The notes under the pieces are model-generated. The model was not told where the DNA came from, searched no databases, and saw only the letters and a program-made list of their open reading frames with translations. Made by a program: the position numbers and the translations under genes. From Ionaspis alba (lineage: Eukaryota), in contig CAXUUL010000035.1 in assembly GCA_964255285.1 (NCBI GenBank), positions 1-51,100 of the forward strand: a stretch of 51,100 bases of DNA, in the 5' to 3' direction. Positions 40,679 to 51,100 of the stretch are shown here, piece by piece. Numbering within the stretch: position 1 is the stretch's first letter; each line of letters opens with the position of its first letter.

Positions 40679-42296
40679 ATGGTCAACATTACAGAGAAGA
40701 TTAAAGAGTAAGACCACCGCACCAAGTCACTCGAGCACCAACGCTGACCTCCCAGGATCGAGGATGAAATGCGGCGGACCCAAAGTAGGCATAGATCTCC
40801 GGACCCACGATGCAAAGCTGATGAAGTAAAGAGAACAAGGCTACTGGTACGCAAAACAATTGAAACTTGTCTAACTATCCACTGAACGTTCAAAGAGTAC
40901 CACCTCGGTCTCCTAAAAGGGTTCTTTCCCCCTCTCCCCTTTGGCTATCAAAGCCGCTAATACCCCATTCAGCAAACTCGCCCGTCTCCGCGCCCAACTC
41001 CTCGAGCCCGCCCCTGGCGCCGGAGGCTCTGGCGGCGGTGCTGGGTTCGACGTCAGCAAGAGTGGGGATGCACGCATCGCTCTCGTCGGCTTCCCGTCAG
41101 TGGGCAAATCGACCTTTTTGTCCAAGATTACCAAGACGAAAAGCGAGGTTGCCTCGTATTCATTTACGACGCTGACGGCGATTCCGGGGGTGCTTGAGTA
41201 TGGGGGTGCGGAGATCCAGGTGCTGGATCTGCCGGGGATTATTGAGGGGGCGGCGGAGGGAAAGGGGAGGGGGAGGCAGGTTATTAGTGCGGCGAAGGTG
41301 AGTGGACTGTGTTAGAGTTGATGGGGAGAGGAGTGGGATCAGTACTAATGCCTCGAGAGAAAGACTAGTGATTTGGTGCTTATGATCCTGGATGCCACGA
41401 AGAGAGCGGAGCAGAGGGCGCTGTTGGAGGCAGAACTGGAGTCTGTGGGAATACGACTGAACCGAGAACCGCCGTACGTGCTATCTTCTTGTGATTGTTG
41501 AGGGTTGAGACTGAATGTAGCAGAAATATTTATCTCAAGGCCAAGAAGGCGGGAGGCATGAAGATCACGTTCCAGGCTCCGCCGAAGAATCTAGATGAGA
41601 AGATGCTGTACAACATCCTCCGCGATTACAAGATGCTCAACTGCGAAGTCCTTGTTCGAGACGAGAATGGTGACATGAGTTCCTCATTCTTTTGCTATGC
41701 ATGAGCTGATGGACTGCCCATAGCTACCGTGGACGACTTCATTGACGTGATAATGAAGGATCATCGAAAGTACATCAAATGGTAGGTTCTCCTAGTCCCA
41801 AGTCTCCCATGATGACAGCGAGGGCCCTGGGCTGACGAGAACAACAGTCTCTATGTGTACAACAAAATTGACTCCGTCAGTCTCGACTTCCTCGACAAAC
41901 TCGCCCGCGAGCCCAACACCGTAGTTATGAGCTGCGAGCTCGACCTCGGCATCCAGGACGTCGTCGAGCGGTGCTGGCAGGAGCTACAGCTGATGCGGAT
42001 CTACACAAAGCGGTAATTCCCACCGTCTTTTCCTATATTTCCGTTTTTGTGTTGCCTTTGAAGCTTGCAGCATACTGACTGTGCGTAGCAAAGGAGAAGA
42101 GCCCGACTTCAGTGAGGCGCTCATCGTGCGGAACAAGTCGACCATCGAAGAGGTCTGCGATCAGGTCCACCGGACGCTGAAAGAGACCTTCAAGTACGCC
42201 ATGGTTTGGGGAGCGAGTGCGAGACATGTGCCACAGAGGGTTGGGCTGGGCCATGTGGTGGCAGATGAGGATGTGGTTTCGATTGTTGCAAAATAG
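40679..42296 (+). CDS. RBG2: DRG2-type ribosome-interacting GTPase, 9 exons
   Basis: Spliced [65 protein letters not shown] domain ending [15 protein letters not shown] matches the DRG2 clade. Confidence 0.92.
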
Positions 42297-42614
42297 AGGA
42301 CCAGGTCTTCCAACACCGTAGATTGAGCAGGAGCTATGATGCGACTGTACATGAGTAAAATGAGATTAGATGCTTGTGCTATGTTATGCTATGCTATCTT
42401 TCGTTGTGTATCTTTCTCTATCTCATATAACAATCTGCAAGTCGCATTCGTCTGGTTTATAATGTACTATGCACGTAACATCAATGGTATTTGCACGAAA
42501 AATGCGATCCTCGCTCGAGAGAACATTCCATTCGGTCCTTCTCTTCTTCTACTTGCATCGTGCGCAATCATACACAATTCTCTCAGACCTGGACCTCGAA
42601 CATCAGCCTTAACC

Positions 42615-43425
42615 CTAACCATGCCTGTGGGACTTCTTGACCTTCACAAGCTCCAACTTCAACGGAATAAGCGTCTGTCCAGCCGGAATTGGCGGTGGAT
42701 TTCCGGACGAAGCTACAACCACAGTCAGCCACTTTCCCCACCTTTACCACCCTCCCCATCTACCCAAATCAGTCACTCACCATCATAAAGCACGACCGAG
42801 TACGAAGTCCCATCACTCGTATAAGCATAAAAGCTCGAGTTCGGCAGCGTCGAATACCCTACACAGAATGTGTTTCCCTTCACCTTGCTGAGCGTGAACC
42901 CGCCTTGACGAACATTGAAATTGCTGAGCTGCGAGTCGCGGACCGCGCCCAGACCTTGGAAGTAGGGGAAATTTCCTGAGAGCACGACGTTGATGGGGTC
43001 GGACGTTGCTGGAGCGATTTTCAGGGAGAAGGTGTTGGGCGAGGTGCCGGGGGTGGTGTAAATCTGGGCTTCTTGGCCGCCGCTCAAGAGTCTATTGGAA
43101 GCCTTTAGTGACAGGGTTTTGGGTAGGAGAAGGGGAGGTGAAAGCGGACCGGAGAGGACCGAAGCCGTTCGTGTTCAGAGCCTGGGTGTCCAGCTGGATA
43201 TTGGCTCCGTCAATGGGTTGGCCCGGACTGGGAGACGGTCAGCGGGTTTGGTTATCATTCGAGGTGCATGTTCTATGGGGGTAGAATGCGAATGGTTGGG
43301 CCTCGAATTACTGACGCTACGGCTTTCAAAACATAAAGCTTCTCCCCGCGCTCTTCAACAGAGGTAGTGGGGACTGCCCATGTAAGGGCCAATTGGGCAA
43401 GAGCGAGAGTGGTGAAGAACTTCAT
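42615..43425 (-). CDS. Uncharacterised secreted protein, ~200 aa, 4 exons
   Basis: Signal peptide MKFFTTLALAQLALTWA. Three GT-AG introns give the continuous frame ...LYVLKAVA-PGQPIDGANIQLD...GPLR-LLSGGQEAQIY...VVLYD-ASSGNPPPIPAGQTLIPLKLELVKVKKSHRHG*. Confidence 0.8.
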
Positions 43426-44758
43426 GTTGGAGCTGGTGAATAGAACGAGTGTTTTGAATCGGTGCTGGCACATAACAGAAGCAGGCACTCCTGCAGTATT
43501 TATTTTCTATAGCTTGCAGCGGCCTTGCACGCTCCCCAGCTGCCAGAGTCTTGGCACAGCTACATGAAGCAGGTCGTTGCTGCTTCTCACTTGCCAAGCT
43601 CTCGTATTCTTTCCATAGCTCATTGTGAGGTACGTAGAAGCGCAGTGGTAAGCCCAAGCGGGGGGTATTATTAGAAGAACATGTCACGCGAGACACAGTG
43701 GTAAGGACTCGCGTGGAATCAAGCTTAGGTAGTCTCATCCACCGGCGTGCTAGGCACAGCGGGTCATGGCAGGTAGATACCAAACAAGAGTGATGCTCGA
43801 ATGGCGGGGAACACTGAACTAGTTGGCAGCATCCAATAAACCACAGCTCTTGCAAATGCCAAGCATTATATCCCGTGTAGTTGTGGCGTTTGGCCGGATC
43901 TAGCCCATGATCTTGCATTTCAGCCTCTGCAAGATACGGTGCATCGCATATCCACTCTGCCGACCTACTCGAAAGATGATGCTCCTTTTGGTGCAAGCCG
44001 CGCTGTCTGATACCGGATCGAGGTCAAGTGTAAGTTATAGCTCGTCAAGCTATTTCCAAGAGAGGAATTTTAGGCGCGAGCAGACTAACTAATTTGGATC
44101 GCGCATCGCGGGGACAGGGATGGCGACCACGTTTCTTCCTGGTGCGCTATGAAATCATTATTGGATACAAAGTCATATGCCGATTGCCCAGGAAATGAAT
44201 ACGGTTGTACGAGGTACTTTGTAACACGGACCAGCAGTACAACTTGACAAGCTTACCTTTGTTGTTAGTAGTCGGATAGTGACATTATGCCAAGGTTTGC
44301 TCGTGCTCAATCATACCGGGCTTGATGTTGTGCGAACCGGAATAAGCGACGACAAGACATTTGCCAGCAGGAGTTTGACTTGAAAAATTCCATAACCAAA
44401 AGCGGCGGTAGATGAGAACACAGATCGATCAATCGCAGTACCATACGTCATGAGACCGAGCACTGGGGTATAGTACCAGAAAGACAGTCCGAAGGTGCAA
44501 TATATAGGTAAAGGAGGTCATGATATTATTGCCAAGACTGGGACATAGTGTATCGACGTAGGGTTACACAGAAAAGTGTAACTCCTTTCGTTCCAACGCC
44601 ATGTGCTCTCAGAAGGAGAGGCGTAATCTCAATGTAATAACGCCGTCCGTGGGGTATACCTTTTTTGCGATCGCCGTTGCTAGCAAAGTTTCCTGAACAC
44701 CCTAACTGAGTACGCCGACCTTCATTCGGTGGAAGCCCTTGGCAAGGACAAATTTCTA

Positions 44759-45408
44759 TCATAGAGCTTCATCGTTCTGAACACTTCCGTCACGTCTGCA
44801 TGTTGTAAGCGGAAGTCGCCGCTGTGGTATTGAGTGCACGTACGGCTGATATTTAACTCCGCTTTCTTCCAATTGTTGCAGGACTTCGTCAGGCAGCTGT
44901 GTCGTGACCGCAAAATTTAGCCAAATATTACTGCACCCAAAGCATCTCTTTTGTGCAATGCTGGCCAATAACAGCCCCTTCCGGTATTGCTTGCACTCAC
45001 AATTCCCACAACCTTTACAGCATATACTCCAGGCACATATTGATCCAATCTCTGCCATCGTGCGACCCAGCTCTGTCGCGGATCCGATAATGTGATCAAG
45101 CCCTCATAGACTTGTGACGTACACTCCTGGACGGAGTCCGGATGGTTTGCGAGGTCCAGGAATTCGCAGTTCGGGCAGCCTTCGCGGATGAATCGCTGTA
45201 AGGTTTGATTGGTCAGTCCACGATATAGCGAGGCTCCTGATGATGACTGATAGAATAAACGACTGGTAGGATAAAAGAAACGTCGTAGGTGCCAAGATTC
45301 ATGCTGGCCATACTTCAGGCGCAAACCTACCGATTGAAGCTGAACAATGGAACAGACCATACAAGCCCGAAGATGCCGTGCCTGATTAGGGGGGACGTAG
45401 TTGCCCAT
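44759..45408 (-). CDS. SPT4: Transcription elongation factor Spt4, 4 exons
   Basis: [11 protein letters not shown]...GCPNCE...[10 protein letters not shown]...SWVARWQRL...[15 protein letters not shown]...YQPRDGS. Confidence 0.95.
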
Positions 45409-45708
45409 ATCGAGACAGTAGATGAAACACGCCTATTAATCTGTACTCCTCCGATCCAGGATGTGAAGATTTGGATCTGTTTTTCTTCGCAGCGGAAAGT
45501 TGGCTTGAAGTGATACCTTGCCAAGAGCGCATTAGTGTCAACGGTGTGGGTAATAATCTGATTGGTCCGAACAATCGTCATGCCCATGAGATTCTAGAAG
45601 CTTTGCAGTTGGATTCAAATATTTCGACTTACCACTTTTCGAGGACCATATAACCAGGTCTTGATTAGATGTTACTTGAGCGGATCTCTCACTTTTTCTC
45701 ATCGTAAC

Positions 45709-47350
45709 ATGTCGCCCCTTGAAGAAGCCACTGCTCTGAAGCAGAAGGGCAATAAGGCATTCGCAGATCATGATTGGCTAAACGCTGTAGAGCTCTATTC
45801 GCAAGCTATAGAGAAATATGATAAAGATCCGTCATTCTATTGCAATCGCGCGCAGGTACCTCATGAGAACTTTTTTCAGACTAATCATGATGCTAAAACA
45901 ATTCTTGTCAATAGGCCAATATAAAGCTCGAAGCATATGGATATGCCATCGCCGACGCCTCCAAGGCGATCCAGTTAGATGCAAACTATGTGAAAGTGAG
46001 AAGATATCCGAGACGGCTTCCGGAAGAGATGTTAATAGGTACACCAGGCATACTATCGAAGGGCTGTTGCTAATACAGCTATACTTCACTCCCGAGATGC
46101 CCTTAAAGACTTCAAGACCGTCGTAAAGAAGGAGCCCAACAACAAAGATGCCAAACTCAAGCTCGCCGAGTGTGAGAAGATCGTCAGAAGAGTCGAGTTC
46201 CTTCGAGCGATCGAAGTTGAAGATGCACCATCCCCATTCGAAGGTTTGGACATAGACTCCATGGCGGTAGACTCAAATTACGATGGTGCAAAACTTGGAA
46301 GTGAGATGACGCAGGAATTCATAGACGACATGATTACCAGATTCAAGAACGGCAAGCGAATACACAGGAAATACGTATTCCAGATACTTGCGGCCGTCAA
46401 CAAGATTGTCTACGATGAACCGACTATGGTGGAAATGGAAGTGGAAAAGGGGCACAAGCTTACAGTATGTGGTGACACGCACGGACAATTCTTCGACCTC
46501 CTGGAGATTTTCCGGCTGAACGGTTTTCCTTCTGCATCGCATTACTACCTCTTCAACGGCGACTTTGTGGACCGAGGATCTTGGTCTACCGAGATTGCCC
46601 TACTACTATACGCGTACAAATGGCTCAATCCCAAGGCTTTCTTCTTGAACCGAGGCAACCACGAGACGGACGACATGAACCGAGTCTACGGCTTCGAAGG
46701 CGAATGTAAGGCAAAGTACAATGAACGGGTATTCAAGCTCTTTTCGGAATCATTCTCGGCACTACCCCTGGCAACACTGATCGGTAAGAAATATCTAACA
46801 TTACATGGCGGTTTGTTCTCGGATGACAAGACCTCGTTGGACGACATCCGTAAGTTGAACCGACATGGTCAAAAGCAACCTGGCCAGCAAGGGCTCATGA
46901 TGGAGATGCTATGGACGGATCCGCAGACGACTCCTGGGAGAGGACCAAGCAAGCGAGGGGTAGGCATGCAGTTTGGTCCCGATGTAACAAAGAGATTTTG
47001 CGAAGCCAACGGATTGGAGGCGGTTATTCGGAGTCACGAGGTGCGGATGGAAGGGTATGAAGTCGAACACGATGGAAGGTGTATCACTGGTACGTATAGA
47101 TATTGCATGTGTGCAAGGTCTTACTGACAATGATCGAGTCTTCTCCGCCCCGAGATACTGCGACAGTACCGAGAACAAGGGCGCATATATCAACATCGGA
47201 CCAGAACTGAAACTCGACTTTCACAAATTCGATGCCGTACCTCATCCGGACATAAAACCTATGGTTGGCCCATACTCCACCTTCTCTTTCATGCGCGTTG
47301 CTAATTTCGAACAGGCTTATGCGCAGAACTCCCTCACTTCGATGATGTAG
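45709..47350 (+). CDS. PPT1: Ser/Thr protein phosphatase 5 (TPR plus PPP domain), 5 exons
   Basis: TPR (LKQKGNKAF...YCNRAQA, AYYRRA); PPP motifs GDTHGQ, GDFVDRG, RGNHE, IRSHE, FSAPRYC; C-terminal KPMAYA. Confidence 0.95.
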
Positions 47351-47624
47351 AACTAGCTCCCTTCCACCTGTCTTGGCATATCTGGAGTCTTCACTATCGG
47401 GATTCCGAATTGTACGATCTTTTGAAATTGTCATCGTAACAGCGGCTTGCAACGACCTGGATACATGAGCAGGTTGGAAAAGGGCTTTGGCGGCATTGGG
47501 TGATTTCCTGACACATACCTGTAGAACTAATCTGTGATCTTAAGAACAAAATCTCGATATACGGAAACTCGTCCCTGATGTCCTGTGGGTTTCATTCTCG
47601 GTGAAGCCTGTACTATGCGCTGCT

Positions 47625-48083
47625 CTAGTTTTCAAACAAATCCCTCCCATTTCCACGAACCACTCCTCCTAGAAACGCTCCGCTCCTTTGTATTCTCCAA
47701 GCCACATTCTGCCCAACCCATCCACTCACCGCTTCTATGACAGCTCTTCCATCATCTCTCGGCACCCGGATCCAGCAATCTTTACCTTCGACTTTGAGGA
47801 TATCAATCGAGATTGCCGTACCCGTTAGCCCAAGGAATTGGTTCAGTGCTGATGTGAGATAGGTCCGTGCTGTGATCTCATCAAGGGAGACAGTGTTGAG
47901 GGAAGTAGTAGTCGGTGCAGAGCTCGAAATGAGGCTAAGGTAAATGTAAGTGTAGGGTGGGGAGCGGATGGTGAAGGTATGCGTTTGCAACTTTGGTTGC
48001 TTCGGGGTGTGGGCGGGTTTGCGCTTCTTGGCGGGGGGCTCGGTTCGTGCAGGCTCCGATGTTTGTGGCTCTTGGTCTGCCAT
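47625..48083 (-). CDS. POP8: RNase P/MRP subunit Pop8
   Basis: FTIRSPPYTYIYL...LDEITARTYLTSALNQFLGLTGTAISIDILK...WIRVPRDD motif. Confidence 0.85.
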   Translation of the reverse strand: MADQEPQTSEPARTEPPAKKRKPAHTPKQPKLQTHTFTIRSPPYTYIYLSLISSSAPTTTSLNTVSLDEITARTYLTSALNQFLGLTGTAISIDILKVEGKDCWIRVPRDDGRAVIEAVSGWVGQNVAWRIQRSGAFLGGVVRGNGRDLFEN

Positions 48084-48341
48084 GATAAAAAAGTTGTTTG
48101 TGTCTTTAATGCACGGAATAAACCTCAGCCAACATCTCGAAGTTCTACAGTTTTAGCGTGGAGGTGATCCACGTTGGCTGAAAGCGGACTAAGCGGGAGC
48201 ATAAGCTTTTGAGCCGCACCCTATCTCCGAGGCGCAGCTTCCACGACTTACGTTCTTCGTTCCGAACGAGAAACCTCAAAATTCATCAGGGATTTTGTGG
48301 TTTTACTATTTCTTATCACTCTTCCTGGGTATCTCATGGTC

Positions 48342-49739
48342 ATGGCGGCAATTCCTAGTACCCAGGCGCTGACCAAGCGCTCCAGCGACACGGCGCTCAT
48401 GCCCCCGCCTCCCCCGCCAAAGCGAATAAAGAGACCAGCAAAAGTGTTAGATGAGGATACTTACACTGACGCCCTTTCTCATATCATTGCTCGCGACTTC
48501 TTTCCTGGACTTGTGGAAGCTGAGTCCCAACAGGAGTATCTCAACGCTTTGGATTCACAGGACTCAGAATGGATAGCATCTGCGGGAAGGAAACTCACAG
48601 AAATGATGACACCAGGTCCGGACGGCAGAAAATTACGCGGAAGGAGAGGGACTAGTATGACGCCCATGGTTGGATTGAACGGAAGAGGCGGAGAGACACC
48701 AAGAGGTTGGGCAGGAGATACCCCAATGTCCGTCGTTTCTACAACGTCTACAGCCACTACTCAGACTGAGAAACCCGAGGTCGACACCAACATGAGCCTT
48801 AGTGCTTTCCAAACCAAGTACACGAGCGAAGACAACGAATCATTCTACAAACTAATGGACAAGCAGAATCTCAAAAAAACGGAGAAGTATGCTTGGATGT
48901 GGGCGGGCAACAAAATACCGGCCGCTCGACAAATCGCGCATCGTCAGCGTGAGGAACGCTTACTCGCGGACCGAAAGGCGAAGGAGGAGGAAGATGGGGG
49001 TACGCAGTTGCTCTTAAAGGACGGCAGCGATACACGAAAGGCCATGCCACACTCCTGGCCTGCACGTCCTGACAACAACTTCATGTTCGGGCCGTCCTCA
49101 ATGGAAGATTCCCTTCAGACTTTGCAACAGAAAGCAGAAGAGACTTCGCGCGCAGCGCCGAAGGCTGTCGTCTATGATAACACACGACTGCCAGCTCCGA
49201 CAACCTCATCGGAAAATGATCCTGCTATTCCACCATCACCATCCATTTCAGCTGTCCAAGATGCCCTAGTAGGCAGACCTCGGCCAACGGCTTCGGAGCC
49301 TGGCTTCACGGGTGGAGAAACACCACGGGTAAATGGTTACGCATTTGTCGATTCTGCACCTTCGCCCTCTCCGTCCGAGTTGAGCTCCTCATGGGGCGAT
49401 ATGGACATGTCGCTTTTAGGTCCAGGCGATGCTACACCGAATCCCTTCAAGATCAAAGGCCAGAGCAAGAGAGAGGCGTTGCACCATCGGATGGTCGACA
49501 AGGTAGCGAAGGGCAAGCGAATTACAAAGCGAGAGGCGGAATTGAAGACTCCCGCACCGAAGTTCCCGAGTAGTCCGAGGGTCGCAAAAGGAGGATTGAC
49601 ACCGGCTGCGCAGAGGTTACTGGGGAGAGTTGGTTCAGGAAGTACACCCGGTCTCAGGAGTGCATGGGAAGGGCAGACTCCAAAGGTGGGAGGGTCGAGG
49701 TTGAGAGCTTCGTGGACGCCAAAGCAGAAGAATGGATAA
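48342..49739 (+). CDS. ESS2: Nuclear protein Es2/DGCR14 (splicing factor ESS2, Bis1-like); alternative ATG at 48336
   Basis: VLDEDTYTDALSHIIARDFFPGL, SLSAFQTKYTSEDNESF, TPRVNGYAFV, PFKI...REALH, LTPAAQRL motifs. Confidence 0.92.
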   Translation: MAAIPSTQALTKRSSDTALMPPPPPPKRIKRPAKVLDEDTYTDALSHIIARDFFPGLVEAESQQEYLNALDSQDSEWIASAGRKLTEMMTPGPDGRKLRGRRGTSMTPMVGLNGRGGETPRGWAGDTPMSVVSTTSTATTQTEKPEVDTNMSLSAFQTKYTSEDNESFYKLMDKQNLKKTEKYAWMWAGNKIPAARQIAHRQREERLLADRKAKEEEDGGTQLLLKDGSDTRKAMPHSWPARPDNNFMFGPSSMEDSLQTLQQKAEETSRAAPKAVVYDNTRLPAPTTSSENDPAIPPSPSISAVQDALVGRPRPTASEPGFTGGETPRVNGYAFVDSAPSPSPSELSSSWGDMDMSLLGPGDATPNPFKIKGQSKREALHHRMVDKVAKGKRITKREAELKTPAPKFPSSPRVAKGGLTPAAQRLLGRVGSGSTPGLRSAWEGQTPKVGGSRLRASWTPKQKNG

Positions 49740-49906
49740 AAGGATGGACCGTTTCCACCTAACCCATTCGCGAGGCAGTACGACCTTATAGACACAACAA
49801 CATGCTCGCTCTTAGACCATTCAAACACAAATCACTTCCGAGATACTATCTGCTAGTCAGAACTATATGCTGACTGTTACCAAGCTTTCAAATATACTTA
49901 TGCAGT

Positions 49907-51052
49907 CTATCTCCCAACCGTGACTCCAGTCCGCCAACCCACCTTCATCAACGTCTCCACGCCGCCTTCCGTACTGTTCCACACCAGATCCTCATCTAGA
50001 ACCACTTCACCATGTGGATACAGTACAATGACCGTACTGCCCCCATAATAAAACGCCCCCAAACACTCTCCCCTCCTCACCTCCTTTCCCACTTTCACTC
50101 CGTCCACATATCTAATGCTCCCAACCAACATCGCGCCCACAGCGACAATCACGACTGGCGCCCCTGTCCCCTTGCGCTTAAGCAGCATCACAGACCGTCT
50201 GTTCTCGCAAAACACATCTAGGGTACCAGCCTGGTTGATAGCCTGCGGATTGACTGTATAATAGGTTCCTGGGATCTCTGTCACCGCTTCCACGGTCCCA
50301 GAGATAGGCGCGTGCCATCGATGATAGTCCTGCGGCGCCAGTCTCGCAATGACCATCGCACCACCATCGAACCTCTCTGCCAATCCCTCATCTCCCAGGA
50401 GCTTAGCGAGCGTGAAACCGTATCCTTTGATCCAATATCGTGTCGCTAAGTCGATTGTCGGAAAAGCAGTAAGTCTGCAATCTGCCGGACTGCTTGTGAC
50501 ATCCTCATTTCCTGGCTCCTCCACCGGCCTCGCCTCCTCCCTGATCTCTCTCGCAAAGAAATGATTGAACGTCTCATACTTCCCCGGATCCGGCTCCTTC
50601 ATCTCCAGCATCGACTCCCGGAGTCCAAAACTTTTAATGAAGGGCTCGATATGCGCTCTGCTATCAGGATGGTCGTACTCGTGGCCCATTTTCTCACTCT
50701 GCTCTTTCAGCAGCTCGACTGTTTTAACCCAATGCAAGGCTTTTGCCTGTGTAGAGCCGTAGTATAGAAGGTGCATGCCAACACGTACGTAGATGCTCAT
50801 GGCTTCGAATTCTTTGGTGCCAGTCCGCCGGTCCATGATTACCCAGTTGCCCATGTGGTGGGAGCATTCGAGGTTCTCGAGGGCGGGGTGTGGGAGGAGT
50901 TTGGAGAGCCAGCTGTGGGAGTCTGTGTGGGTGGCGGACCGGTGCAAATGGGTTTTCGGGTCATGGTGTTTGTTTTCGGCAGTCTTGGTCAGGGTTTTGA
51001 GTGCCAATGCGCTAGCATGGAAGCCAGTATGTGGATCTGCGGTATGGGGCAT
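49907..51052 (-). CDS. Phosphatidylserine decarboxylase, short Psd2-like form without C2 domains
   Basis: TFNHFFAREI, SPADCRL, RLAPQDYHRWH, YYTVNP, VGAMLVGSI and the GGST autocleavage motif. Confidence 0.92.
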   Translation of the reverse strand: MPHTADPHTGFHASALALKTLTKTAENKHHDPKTHLHRSATHTDSHSWLSKLLPHPALENLECSHHMGNWVIMDRRTGTKEFEAMSIYVRVGMHLLYYGSTQAKALHWVKTVELLKEQSEKMGHEYDHPDSRAHIEPFIKSFGLRESMLEMKEPDPGKYETFNHFFAREIREEARPVEEPGNEDVTSSPADCRLTAFPTIDLATRYWIKGYGFTLAKLLGDEGLAERFDGGAMVIARLAPQDYHRWHAPISGTVEAVTEIPGTYYTVNPQAINQAGTLDVFCENRRSVMLLKRKGTGAPVVIVAVGAMLVGSIRYVDGVKVGKEVRRGECLGAFYYGGSTVIVLYPHGEVVLDEDLVWNSTEGGVETLMKVGWRTGVTVGR

Positions 51053-51100
51053 TTTGGTGGATAGCGAGAAGCTTACTCGGAAAGAAATGTGTACTTAGAC

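Noticed and set aside
41782..41847. ATGATGA...CTGA (C/D-box-like) in an RBG2 intron
   Set aside because: Boxes only about 16 nt apart, and CTGA is part of the branch site GCTGAC.
43355..43996. 213-aa minus-strand ORF upstream of the secreted protein
   Set aside because: Non-ATG start, no motifs, overlaps the promoter and the true exon 1 out of frame.

Overview
Gene-dense, intron-containing DNA from a filamentous ascomycete (Pezizomycotina; inferred from GT..CTRAC..YAG introns and protein families), with two 100-N scaffold gaps. It holds about 21 protein-coding genes, mostly housekeeping: NTA1, SAC3, a proline iminopeptidase, a DUF2841 protein, YCF1, a UBA/UIM protein, CDC34, cut12, GCN2, CWC2, a GT71 mannosyltransferase, RBG2, SPT4, PPT1, POP8, ESS2 and a PS decarboxylase, plus two orphan secreted proteins. 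Accessory DNA is concentrated at 35.9-38.5 kb: a 305-bp hAT-type MITE with a perfect 8-bp TSD, and an ISG12/IFI27-like membrane-protein pseudogene whose stops are all TAG, as expected from RIP. Other signals are a second MITE-like foldback at 26.3 kb, a strong-Kozak uORF ending 2 nt before the GCN2 start, and a long, structured NTA1 intron. I see no clear evidence of a wholly new multi-gene system; the findings are hypotheses of modest to moderate interest. Exon structures were derived by eye.
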